From Lama guanicoe (Eukaryota), in assembly GCA_013239625.1 (NCBI GenBank), contig MU054323.1, positions 15,442,029-15,506,028 on the forward strand: DNA of 64,000 nt, given 5' to 3'. This document shows, in pieces, positions 50,203-62,475 of the stretch. The first letter of the stretch is position 1. Each line of letters starts with the position of its first letter. A program made the translations under genes and the position numbers. Under the pieces are notes generated by a model. That model was not told where the DNA came from, made no database searches, and saw nothing but the letters and a program-made list of their open reading frames with translations.

Positions 50203-52670
50203 GATCCTTCCTGATAGTTGTCTGTGTGAGCCCGACTTTAACCTTTTCTGGCTCCTTCTTTATTAAAGTGCTAATGGTCTTTAACACCTGCTCATCTCAG
50301 ATTTGGGGAATCTGAGAGAAGTCAAAAAGGTGGCAGTAGGTAGGAGGGGCTTCCAAGGGCCTGGTAGAGAAGGGAAGAGGAGCTGAGAGCAGGCCACCCA
50401 GCCAAAGTGGGGGCATCTGAATCCTTGGGTCTTTAATATGCAATCATTCTGGATTAGAAGTAAAAGTTTCAACATGAAGGGTTTTCCTTTCCTAAGTGGG
50501 TTACTAACGCAGTTTTGTGCAGTTTTAGATCTTCTGCAACATACTGGAAACAATGTATACAGGTCTCTAGGAAAACTAGAGAGGTACTTAAATTTCGGAA
50601 AATAGGCCAACTGTGAAAGGGAGAAGAAAAGACCCAGGGCGAAGCTGGTTAGGGTTTTCAGGTTGGTGTGATCTGACGGCCCAGCAGAAAGCCTGGCACG
50701 CTACTGCACGTGCGTGTTCGGTGGGGTCTCGGAGGGGTTGAAGGGCATCTGACGAGGTATTTGTTGGTTGATCGTATTCTCCCTGGTTTTTAAATGAAAG
50801 TGATTTACTAGGACACATCAGTGGGAAAGAAGGTGAATCCCAGAGATGTGGGGGAAAGGTTAGTGAGCCATTCTTGTGGGGTGCTGGGATCAGGGCGGAA
50901 ACCTCTCCGTGCCCCGGCCCCATTTGTCTGTGAACTCTGCCGAGTTCAAGTTGTGCAGCGTGTCAAGTGCAATAAATGTAAACGACATATTGTTCCTGTG
51001 CTGTCACAGGGATATGATCATCTGCTTAAAATGACAGTGGCTAGGCACTGAAAAATGAAAGACTGGGGGGTAACTTTACCAGGGGCTAAAAGCTCACTTC
51101 AGATTTACCCAGCCGTAGAAGGTGATTGTCCTGTAGGAATACAGATTATGAATTGAGCGCTCCCAGGTTTGCTCACGCAGAACAGCCAAACATTTATTTT
51201 AAACCATAGTCAGAATCACAGCAAATCCTTAATTATCTAACACCCTCTTCTCCAGTATAATCTATATATAACCATCTCCCCACATGGAAGAAGCCTGAGA
51301 GGGGTCGTTCATACCTTTCTGATGGTCTTTGGTGCAAATTTTAACTTAATTCATTTTGTTTTTAGTTCTACAGTAAAGTATAAATGTAATTAAACCTCTG
51401 AGCCTGATTATTGAAGTACTTGTGGACTATAAGCACATTTTAATTTATGAAAGATCTGAAGAACAATAGAACGTTAAAACCATCAAATAAGAAGGAGGGG
51501 GAAAAAACAGAATTAATGAATTAAAGTGTTAATAGTTCTTCCCTGCTGGGAATGTGACCTTCCCCTGATCATGACCCATCAGGTACATAAATACCCACAT
51601 GCTTCCGGCAAGGATGTCTCTTTTTAGGATGCCTTCCTTTCACTCCTGTCAACGTGGGAACTCCCTTAGTGGTCCTCTGCACCCTCTGACCCACACTTCC
51701 ATCCCCAGGGGAGTCCTAGGGCAGAGTCTAGCTGCCCTTTCCTCGTATTACATTTACAACCTGACACTCTGCTGCCCTGAGCTGCTCATTTCCTGCCTCC
51801 TGTTTCATTGTAGCACATCAGCAGCAAGCAGCTGACAACATCTTTTCTCCTCTTATTGTCACCTGCTTCTTCTTTTCCTATGGTCAGGCGAGTTTCCCAG
51901 CAGAGTTGAAGTTAAGGCTGAGAGCCGGCAGAGATATTTGACATGCGTGCATGTAGAGAGAAATGCCCACATGCAGCTTGGAAGAGCCAAAACATTCAGA
52001 CTTTCAGTTTCCAGATAGCTTCACAAAGTCCACTTACTGAAGCCTGTGCCCTCTATTCATAAAAGGTTCCTCAGTCTTCCATCAGAATCTCTCTCTTTTC
52101 TTATACACAGTCAAAAGTTAATCAGTGTGACTCCAGATGAGGTTGCTCGTAGGCACAGTCACACTGACACACACACTCACAAGCTGAAAGCTAAGAACCT
52201 AGCAGTTGAAAGAAGAGTCAGAAAATTTTTTGAAAAACATCTAAAGGTCAACAGCAACAAAGCAGCAACATAAAATCACTTAACGCAGGAGCATCCATCT
52301 CAGCCCGTGCAAGCATCCCTGACGTCTGGAGTAACAGGATAATGTATGCATGTAAAGATGGCCCTGACTCATCAAGAAAATGTTTGTTATGCTCAATACC
52401 AGTCTGGTTAAGTAAGAAATGAAGTCATGCATTTTAGGAATATTTCTGTCAAAATGGTTAATGATAAAAATCTGGAAGTGTACTAAGGCGCTGAGTCCTA
52501 ATTACTGGGAATGCCAGTTGAGTTAGACCCCGTTCCCCAGTGACACCAGATAAACGGGACAGTGTCACAGAGAGGGGTAGTCGTTTGCCACGGCCCCTTT
52601 GTTTGTGGTCTCCCCACTTCTATGTTGCTGTTTATTCATGGGGTTTTCCCTCCCTTTTCTTTGGTTTCAG

Positions 52671-52792
52671 ATGCGAGTGTCTCTCTGGCTTATGTGGTTT
52701 CCCCGTGTGTGAGGTGGGATCCACTCCCCGCATAGTCTCTCGTGGAGATGGGACACCTGGAAAGTGCTGTGATGTCTTTGAATGTGTTAATG
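52671..52792 (+). CDS. CRIM1: CRIM1 coding exon (exon 5 equivalent), 122 nt, phase 2-1; (R)CECLSGLCGFPVCEVGSTPRIVSRGDGTPGKCCDVFECVN, including RGD at 52741-52749
   Basis: Acceptor cccttttctttggtttcAG|ATGCGAG and donor AATG|GTacgt. Junction AG|A gives Arg in frame. Confidence 0.97.
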
Positions 52793-53779
52793 GTACGTGG
52801 GGTTTCTCTTGTTCTCAGAGAGTGTACATTTGTGCAGAAGGAGGAGGAGGGGAGGGTTCAATCTAGCTGCTCCTGCCTTTTAAGAGGCAGAGAACATACT
52901 CAGGGACTTGATGAAACTCAGAAAGAATATTTGCTGAAGATCCCACCATGCAGTGGAAATAGTGAGGAAGGGAGTTAACATTCCCTCCATTAGAAAGAGC
53001 ATTTGGAACTGGAATCACAGATGGCGTGCAGCCGTCACATTATGCTGCGTTTCAGTAGTTTAGAAATTTTAGGATTGCACGGAAAGGATCATGCAAAATG
53101 TGGTCGCATTCCTCCTGTCACTCAAGCCCTCGTCCCATTGCTGTCAAAGGTCGTCTGTGTAACTAATGCCACGTTGGAGTGACCACAATTTGAAATAGAA
53201 AAAACGCTGTTCCTCTAGTTGAGCATTTTCCTGCTTAAGGAGACCATCTCTGGCCGGTGCTTGGTCAGTAGTAGTGGCCTGGTTGGAGCTGGAACCTTGT
53301 GGACCAGGAAAATGATTCTTCAGTCGTAAAATTCCTTCAGATAGACTCTACCACTCCCCCATTTACCTCTCAGGAGAGGGTTTGGTGTGTGGTGACATGG
53401 CGTTTATTGAATTCAGATGCTAGAAGGGAGGAAAACCTAAAACATAGACTCAAAAACCCTCCTCTAGAATTTTCAGAAGAAAAACAACGAATAAATGCAA
53501 GCGAGATGTCAGTCATTTTAGAGAGCATCGTTTAGTCCACACCTAGACACACAAGGAAAATGAATATGGATTTGGGTAAATACAATAAAATGACACATAC
53601 AGAAACGTCCGTGTTAACTACAGCCTGTAAGAAATTGGAGTTCAGAAGGTTTTCTGCCCTCCCCTCCCCCGCAAGAGCAGGTTATATTGAAGTCAAGCCC
53701 TGTTTCACTGAGTCCTGTAGTTCCTAGTCCATTGGCTGCATGTTTTGTTTTGTTTTGCTTTGAAGAACCACTTCACTGT

Positions 53780-53990
53780 GGCTCTGTGGTTAAGAGAGAA
53801 CCTAGGCCGGAACGATTGACTACTGCCGTTTGAGAATTAGTTCCTCACTTCCTAGCTGTGTGACTTTGGGATCCCTTGGTCTCCCTGGGCCCGGGGGCCA
53901 CATCTGTCAAATGGAGTGAGTAACAGTAAATTAAATGAGGTTTTATATGTGAGGCACTTGAAATTGTGCCTCAAGAGCAAATAGTCTTTA
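53780..53990 (+). mobile_element. MIR SINE
   Basis: CACTTCCTAGCTGTGTGACTTTGGG...CATCTGTCAAATGGAG...ATTAAATGAG...ATATGTGAGGCACTTG. Confidence 0.72.
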
Positions 53991-55338
53991 TTGTGTCGTG
54001 TGCCCACCTGCTGTTCACATCCAGAGACTCTGTTCTGGACGCTGCGGGGGAATAGAGAAGGGGAGGGGAGCTTTCTGACTCACAGCCCTTTATACCTACA
54101 AGCACGCAGGGAGAGGTGTGGGAAAGGTTCCAGGTGCAAAAATCTCTTCTCAGTGCTGCTCCCCACCCATTTTAACCACCAGCTAAGGGCCACATGGATC
54201 TTGTTCCTCTGGTCTTGCTGCAGTTTAATGGATTGTAGGTGATATTCTGTGAATATTTAACTCATACCACTGGAGACAGAAGTAGTTGCTCCTAGTCCTG
54301 GGCTCCCAGCATCTCAGACGTACTTCCGTCCAGGACTCCGCACTCTGCATGTCTCTGTCTCACGCTAGACTCTGACCGATGAGAGAACAGGGAATCTAAC
54401 CTTGTTATGTTAGCACCTTATCTGCCTCCCAGAGGACTCTCAGGTTCTGGTGGGTGGGTGGGCCAGTGAGTGGTCTGATTCTGATCATCTTAGTTCCCTT
54501 TAGAGTAGCTGTCAGTTACCTGCCTGGGGAAGGGCTGCTTTGTGGGAGTGCTCCATCTCTTCCCGCCCCACACTTTCCTGTCCCCTGGAAATACCACCTC
54601 TGCTAATACAGTTCACCATTGTATCCTCTGGGTGAGGAAGAGGAGTCTGCCTTTCTTCCTTCCTTGCTCCTTGGTTATAGAGACCCACGTGTCATGCCTT
54701 TCTCATCAGAACATTAATTACCTTGACATCTTGCCCCCGTGGGATGCGGTTTGGGCAGCTGATAACTGCCCCCACCTTGGTGGCCTTGGGGGAGGCTCCA
54801 GGGCCTGTCTCTGCTTAGAGCCTCACTTTTTACAGAGCCCCAACTTGGGGAACAAGACTTGCCATCTGCTGTGAGAAAAGCGTGGAGACGACAAAGTACT
54901 CACAGGATTTCTGGTGTTTGCCTCTTTCTGGCTACTGTAAATTTTTTGAGTGATCTTTGCTTTATTTCTTGTCCTGCTCTGGTGTCTCTAGAATGTCATT
55001 CAGTTGTAGATGAGACTAGAAAACTGTAATACTATGAAGATTCATAATCCCACAGAATTATGTTTATGGCTGTTCTGTCTCAAAGTCTGTATTTTGCTTC
55101 TTTTGGCAAATGCATACACACGCACCTCCCCTCCACACACTTACATACATATCCATATATGAGTGTGTGTTTGTTTACTTATTTGGCACTCAGTGCCCTG
55201 GGAAGATCTTACTGTTGTCATAAGGTCACCTTTAGAGGATATTACATGTCAAAGTTTCATTATCATTGCTCGAAAAAGTGGAGGTCTGTTACACATACAG
55301 ATCTCTCTATATAATATACATTATATAATACAATGTAT

Positions 55339-55406
55339 TGTGTGTGTATATATATATGTGTGTATGTGTGTGTGAATATGTGTGTGTGTGTGTGTGTATG
55401 TATGTA
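55339..55406. repeat. Compound (TG)n/(TA)n microsatellite
   Basis: Seen directly in the sequence. Confidence 0.9.
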
Positions 55407-58400
55407 TTTAAAACCTTGCTTATCCACAGAGACTTTGAGGCAACTTTACACTGAGACCAGATACAATAACATAGGGGTAAAATATTAATGAGAAAAAAGA
55501 ATCAGGATCATAAACTTGTATGTAAAAGTTGAAGATGAAAAGCAAAAAGAAAGTGCCCGCAGCTATGCAGGCTGAAGCGTCTGTCTGTGTAATTGCTGGA
55601 GTTAAATGTCAAGTTAGGGCCCCCGTGTCCTGGCCATCAAAGTGAAACAGGGAGATAGAATCAGACCCACAATTCTTTCTTTTAGAGACCAGAAGCCTGC
55701 CGGGCAGGGCAGCACTCTCCTCACACGGAAACTTGAAAAGAGCATTGGATGACACAGTCGACCTTGTCCTCAGTTGCTTTCATCCCTCCCATGCAGAAAC
55801 AGGTTTCCTCTGGCTGCTCTTCTCAACAAAGAGCAAAAGCAAACTATTAAAATGCACCTCAGAGAGAGCAGTTCTCAGCGGTGAGTTGGACACAGCTGGA
55901 ACCTAGGCGCCTGGAGGGTCGTTTCTGGATGTTGAGAACCGCCCCCTCCAGCACGTAGGAACATGCTGGTGTAGATGCAGGAACCCCAGTTCAGGAGCCA
56001 GTGGGCTGAGTGCTGACGGACCCCTCGTGCAGCAACGCAGATTGCACGCCCACACTCGGTCCTAAGCTGCCGTCCAAATGATGCTCTGTAGGCTTCACAT
56101 TTTTTAAGATACAAGTTATGGTGAAAATACAAGATTGAAAAGTACTCACAGAGAATTCAAGAACTCCTAAGTCTTGAAAACATTAGCCTAGAGGAATAGG
56201 TGGAAAGAACATTCTCCATAAATGTCGCTTCTCTTTTCTGTTGGGTTGGGCTTTGTTTTGGTGGGGATGGGAGAGCTGCAGATCAGATTGTGATGGTTTG
56301 TAGCTGTATTCTCTGACGAGGGCCCAGAAGGACGATGTGTGAAGTGCTGGTTGAGTGAGAACCCTGTCGTTTAGAAACCAAAAGCAGGTGGTAGGATTGA
56401 GCTCTGTTCTTGTCCACTTAGAAGTCATCCAGCTCATCACCTAGAAGTGTGACCTCCATAGCAGTGGTGGGACAGCCCCAGATCTGCTTCAAGAAACAGT
56501 TCCGTGTCTGCTCCGGCCCATGAACAGAAGTCTTAGCACCAGTCAGCTGGAGCTGAGCCATGGCCTCTGCTTTCAGGTGGACACGTGTTCTCCGTTCTGT
56601 CACAACACCCCGTGTTGCCTGACGCCGGCCCAGCTCTGTCATTCCTAGAGGCACTGGGTTTGAAAATGCCCAGTCATCCATGCAGAAAACACAGAAGCAA
56701 TCATTTGGCTGCTTAGACATGATTAGCTGTCCATTGTACATGCACAGAAATCCAAAATAAGACATCTTGGTTTGAGTGTCACAGCCACTAACCAACTCTT
56801 CCAGCATCAGACACGAACACGTAATAAGATCGATCAGCCACAGGGCAGCCATGCCCAAAGTTAGCCTGCTCGTCATGTAAAATTTTGGCCTAGAAAACTC
56901 AGACCTGCGGTTTGTTAGTAAGAAAATTAGTACAGAAGCATCTGTTGAGAGCCCGTTGTCTGTATAGTAGTGATCCTCAGTGATCTTTCTAGAGATACAG
57001 CATCTCCTTCTACAGTAATGGAGAGAATATGGCACTTTGAAAGAAATACTCCACCCATTATGCATTTATTGAGCGCCTGTCATGTTCCTGGGGCCTTTTC
57101 AAGCTAATTTTGCTCAGGAGTGATAACAGCCTTTTGCAGTCGTGTTTTCTAAGTGTTGTTCTGCTTCCCTTATCCTGAAACAGCCTCTGCTTGGTGTGCT
57201 CCAGCACACGCGCCCCGCTTCCCCCGCCCCACGGAAAAGGGATTTTCCCCCTTCAGGTATCTGCCAGCTCATGCACCCTGCCTCTGCAGTTACTCAGTTC
57301 GCTGTTGATTAATGGAGAAACTTTGAGCTATTTCTCAACCGTCATACAGTTGTCTCTCTTTTGACTTACTAAGTTTGCCCTATACAGCTCACTCCCAGTG
57401 AGAAGACCGGAGGCAAGATATGAGCCATTTCCTACTGAGGGATTAAAGAGAAAAGGCAGCAGAAGTGTATCTACTTGGATTTTTTCCTCCATTTTCACAT
57501 TTGACGTGAAATTCTACGTTTTAGTCTTTTCCTTTACTCAAATTATATAATCACCATCTGCTAATCAGTGTAATTTGGCAGGCAGTAGAGGTTATTAACA
57601 GTCTATACTATAAGGCTCCTTCTCAGGAGTTCTGGAATCTATTAAAGAGGAAAGAGAAGATTCCAGAACTTAGAAACATAAAATTTAATTGGGCAAACAC
57701 AGAAAAAATACAAAAATCCTTAAAGTCACTTTTATGCATCTCAATGCATGTGCACTCTTATGCATTGAAAAGTGTAAATTACCTAGTAAAGTATTTTATT
57801 CATAATATTTTCCTTTTCCCTATCCACTGAAAATGTCCCCTAATGGAGGGAGTGGTAATCTCCACACAGTTCTGAGATTCACATTTATCCCTCGCAGGTG
57901 AAGAAGTAATTGGTCGCTATTCATCAGAGACCACTGCCAGCTTTTTTTTACCATGCACTTTTTTCTTAAGAGGTTCTATAAACTTGTCTCAGCATCAAAC
58001 AAGGATTTCGTCATGTCGTGTGATTCTTTTTTTTTTTTTTTCATCCTAAAGGATTGATTGTGTTTTCAAAGTTGTGTTTTCTGGGACTGTCCATCTCTCT
58101 CTGCACGACTCCCTTGCTGTCTGTCCATTAGCCACGGCCCCAGCCCTCCCGCCCACAGGCAGGCTCATCCCAAGCTGCCTTGCTCCTAATCACAGTCTTC
58201 CCTCCACACTTCACATTTTGCACCAAGATTTGTGGCTCCTCCCAGATGGTAGCTGTGGTTGATTAAAGCAAATAAGTAATTTTGATTGGTTTCTAAGACA
58301 ATTTTTTCTTCAGTTTGGAAGCTCAGCATTTGGTCAGAGTGTGGTATTTTGCCTCCTTCTACAGCGTGCAGTTTTGATTGCTGAAAAGCACACCCTTTTC

Positions 58401-58619
58401 TACACTTTGGAACTTGCGGTCCCACCGTCCAGTTCCTTCCAATCCCAATTCAGTTGAACATGTTAGCTAAAAGTAGAAGACTTGTGAGCTGTAATAAGGT
58501 GACTTTTAAACCTGAGTTTTCTGAAAAAAAGAAATAGTGTATCCAACCAACACTAGGAAAGAAGTTCAGACATGCACATTTACTGCCTGTGTAAACAGAG
58601 ACACACAGCTCATCTCACC

Positions 58620-58745
58620 CTGGTTCTGTGACTTTAGGCAAGGTACCTAGTTTCTTTAAGGTTCATTTTCCTTGTTGGAGAAGTGGATGGTAATACTTGT
58701 TCTGTCTTCTTGATAGGACTGTTACAAAATCAAATGAGAAAGTCA
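58620..58745 (+). mobile_element. MIR SINE fragment
   Basis: CTGTGACTTTAGGCAAGGTACCTAGTTTCTTTAAGGTTCATTTTCC...ATAGGACTGTTACAAAATCAAATGAG. Confidence 0.65.
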
Positions 58746-58964
58746 TCGTCCTTAAGTACAAAACAAATGTAAATATACTCAAATTAAAATGCTGTGAAAG
58801 TCTGAAGTGTTTCGAACATGCAAAGTGGACATACTGAGAAACAATGTTGGGACAGAGGAGCCTATGAGAGTTATGTGTATCATAATCCAGTTTTTTGCAC
58901 CTTGTTATACAGGGTGCATTAGCTCAGGAGAACTTGTTTAGCTGGGGAGGGCTCTTATTTTACC

Positions 58965-61415
58965 AGGTTTGTGGAGACACATACCATGCAGTTCACCAAG
59001 TGAAGTTGCACAGTTCAGTGGTTTTTAATATATTCACAGCGTTGTGTGACCATCATCACAGTCAGTTTTAGAACACTTTCATCAGTCTCCCCCCAATTCC
59101 CAAACTCATTAATAGTCACATCTCATTTCCCCCCAAACACCCCAGCACTAGGCAACCACTAACTACTTTCTTTCTCTATAGATGTGCCTGTTATGGGCAT
59201 ATCCTATAAATAAAATCATATAAATACAATATGTGGCATTTTTTGACTAGCTTCTTCCACTTAGCATAATGTTTTCAAGGTTCGCTCATGTTGTAGCATA
59301 TATCAGAACTTCATTCTTTTTTATGGCCAAGGAATATTTCATTGCATGGTTCTGCCACGTTTTGTTGATTCACACATCAGTTGATAGATGTTTAGGTTGT
59401 TTCCATTTTTTGACTATTGTGAATAATGCTGCTGTAAACATTTGTGTGTAAGTTTTTATGTAGGCATATGTTTTCATTTCTCTTGGGTATATACCTAAGA
59501 ATGGAATTGCTGCTGGATCCTCTGGTAACTCTGTGTTTAATATTTTGAAGAACTGCCAAACTGTTTTGCCAAGGAGCTGCATGCACTTTTACATTTTCAC
59601 TAGAAATGTTGGAGAGTTCCAATTTCTCCACATCTTCATCACCACTTGTTATTAGCTACATCTTTGTCACTGTAGCCATCCAAGTGTATGAAATGTTATC
59701 TCATTGTTAACTTTGATTTATATTCTCTTAATAAGCAGTGATGTTGAGCATCTTTTCATATGCTTATTGGTCATTTCTATATCTTATTTGGGGGAAATTT
59801 CTGTTCAGATATTTGCTTATTTTTCAATTGGTTTTATTTATCATTGTTCTTTATATATTCTTGACATAAGTCCTTCATCAGATATATAATTCACAATTTT
59901 TTTTTCTCTGCAGGTTATCTTTTCGTTTCTTGATGGTATTCTTTGAGGCACAAAAGTAGATGAAGTCCAGTTTAACTGTTTTCTTTTTTTGTTTGTGCTT
60001 TTTGGTATATCTTAAGAAAGTACTGTCTAATTGCAGAGTCTCAAAGATTTACTCCTGTTGTCTTCTAAGAGCTCTGGAGTTGTAGCAGTTACATTTAGAT
60101 CATAGCTCTGTATTCATTCTGAGTTGTTTTTTTTTTAATATATGCTACGATAGTGATGCGTTCTCCTCCTTTTGCATGTGGGTATCCAGTTGCCCAGCAC
60201 TGTTTGCTGAAAAGACTATTCTGTCCCTCAATGAATTGTCCTGGTACCCTTGTTAAAAATTAGTAAGTGTGAGAGTTTATTTCTGAACTCTCACTCAATT
60301 CCATTGAACTATACATTTATCCTGATGCCAGTACTCCACTGTCTTGATGACTGTAGCATTGTAGGATGTCTTTAAATCAGAAAGTGTGAGACCTCTAGCG
60401 TTGTTCTTCATTGAAAAATTGTTTTGGCAATTCTGGGTCCCTTGTTTTTCCTTGCTATTTTTAGGACTGATTGTTAGTTTTTTACAAAAGAACCAACTAG
60501 GATTTTGATAAGGATTGCAATGAATATGTAGATCAATTTGGGGGATAGTTTCATCTTAACAAAATTATCTTTCAATCCATGAACATGGAATATATTTCCA
60601 TTTATTTAGACCTTCTTTACTTTCTTTGAACAGTGTTTTGTAGTTTTCAAAGTAAACGTTTTGTGCTTCATTTATTAACTACTAAATTTTTTTTTGGTGC
60701 TACTGTGAACGGAATTTTTTCTTAACTTCATTTTCAGATTCTTCAGTGCTAGTGTATATAGACACACAGTTTATTTGAATTGCTGAATTAATTGAAATCT
60801 TGCTGAACTTTTTGTTCTGATAGGGTTTTTTAGTAGATTCTTTAGAATCTTTTAATGTTCAAGATCATGGTGTCTGTAGCTAGAGAGAGTTTTACTACTT
60901 TCTGATCTAGGAGCTTTTTTAATGTCTTTTTCTTGCCTAATTGCCCTGGCTAGAACATCTAGTGCAAAGTTGAATCGAAGTGGTGAGAGTGGACATCATT
61001 GTTTTGTTACTGATCTAAAGGGAAAAACATTCAGCCTTTCACTGTTAAGTATGATGTTAGCTGTGGGTTTTTCCTAGATGCTGTTTATCAAGTGGCTATT
61101 TAACAACTTCTACTCCTAGGTCATTAAATGCTTCTGTCATGAAAGGCTGTTGGAGTCTGTCAGATTTTTTTTTTCCATGTCTATTGAGATGATCCTGTGG
61201 TTTAGTCCTTTGTTCTATAGACATGCCGTATTACATTAATTGATTTTGAGGTGTTAAACCAACCTTGCATTCTTAGAATAAGTCCCACTTGGTATATAAT
61301 CTTTTTTATACATTGCTGAATTCAGTCTGCTCATATTTTTTGAGGATTTTTATATCTATATTTGTAAGAGATACTGATCTATAGTTTTCTTCTTCTTGTG
61401 ATGTCTTTGTCTGGT
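58965..61415 (-). mobile_element. L1MB-type LINE-1, about 2.4 kb 5'-truncated copy, antisense to CRIM1
   Basis: T-rich on the + strand with the canonical antisense L1 3' UTR (CTTAGCATAATGTTTTCAAGGTTC...GAATAATGCTGCTGTAAACATTTGTG). The minus-strand ORF 59370-59582 (LGKTVWQFFKILNTELPEDPAAIPFLGIYPREMK...MFTAALFTIVKKWKQPK) is an ORF2p C-terminal remnant. Confidence 0.93.
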
Positions 61416-62292
61416 GGGAGTTCTTTTAAGTCAACCAACATTAGACTTAAGGGAATGGATCTAGAGGAGAGTGTTTTAGGGCAGAGAAAAAAATTGTAAT
61501 CATTGGTGTCATTATGAAAGCTCTAAATGCAGAGTTTGAGTCCTCAGCAAAACATAGCCTTGAAACACAATGAAAGAGGACACTAAAGGTTTTAGTCGAA
61601 GAGCTACTATTTTTGCTTCTATCATTTGCTAAATGTGCGACTATGAGCAAATTACCTAGGATTTCCTCACTTCTCCACTCAGGATAAGTATATCCACATC
61701 AGACTTGTTACTGGGATTAAGTGAGGTAATACATGCAGAAAGCAGTTTTTTTTTTAACCCAAGCACTAGTATAATTATAGATTATTAAACCAGATAGAGA
61801 GAAAAAAGGACTTAGGAGAAAACACTGGGAGAACAGAAGAACATAATCTCCCAAAAGGCTTAAATAAATTTTTTTTGAGGCAGAACAAAACCTAATGTGG
61901 AGGCAGGGTCATTTACTTGAGGTAGAGAATGATTTAATAACAGAACAAAAATCCCTTTAAAGCACATATCAGAAATGTGAGTTTCGCCCTGTCAGATGGT
62001 TACTTTTATTCGGGTTAAGGAGAAGCCAGTATAGATTTTACTCAGGGGAGTTTCAGTTCCTTGGTGTGATGAGGGTAGTGATTGCTTTGTTTACTTACTT
62101 TACTTTACTTTGCATTGCTTTATTGCTTGTTGTAAGTAAAAAAAAAAAAAAGAAATTATATTGAGTTTAGTAAATTTCCATCAAGGTTTAACCCTCTACT
62201 TTCAGAATTTTCTAGAGGCTATTTGAAAAACATAAAAAGGCACCACTCAAAAATGACCTTGAATATGCCTTGTTTGTTTTTAACTCCTTTAG

Positions 62293-62475
62293 AAACAAAG
62301 CCAGCCTGTGTCTTCAACAACGTGGAATACAGTGATGGAGATATGTTTCGAATGGACAACTGTCGGTTCTGTCGATGCCAAGGGGGTGTGTCCATCTGCT
62401 TCACTGCCCAGTGCGGCGAGCTGAACTGCGAGAGATACTACGTGCCCGAGGGGGAGTGCTGCCCTGTGTGTGAAG
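62293..62475 (+). CDS. CRIM1: CRIM1 coding exon (exon 6 equivalent), 183 nt, phase 1-1; first canonical VWC (chordin-like) domain, (E)TKPACVFNNVEYSDGDMFRMDNCRFCRCQGGVSICFTAQCGELNCERYYVPEGECCPVCE
   Basis: Acceptor ttttaactcctttAG|AAACAAAG and donor GAAG|GTgagg. Shows the CxxCxC...CCPxC VWC signature. Confidence 0.97.

Noticed and set aside
52365..53115. AP-1 and TEAD-like (GGAATG/CATTCC) motifs around exon 5
   Set aside because: These 6-7-mers occur throughout the window at about chance frequency and cannot be called without chromatin data.
56418..57065. 215-aa minus-strand ORF (also 6962-7516, 9434-9976 and 34020-34502)
   Set aside because: No recognisable domains or codon pattern, and several overlap L2 remnants. 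ORFs of this length are expected by chance in 64 kb of six-frame mammalian intron.
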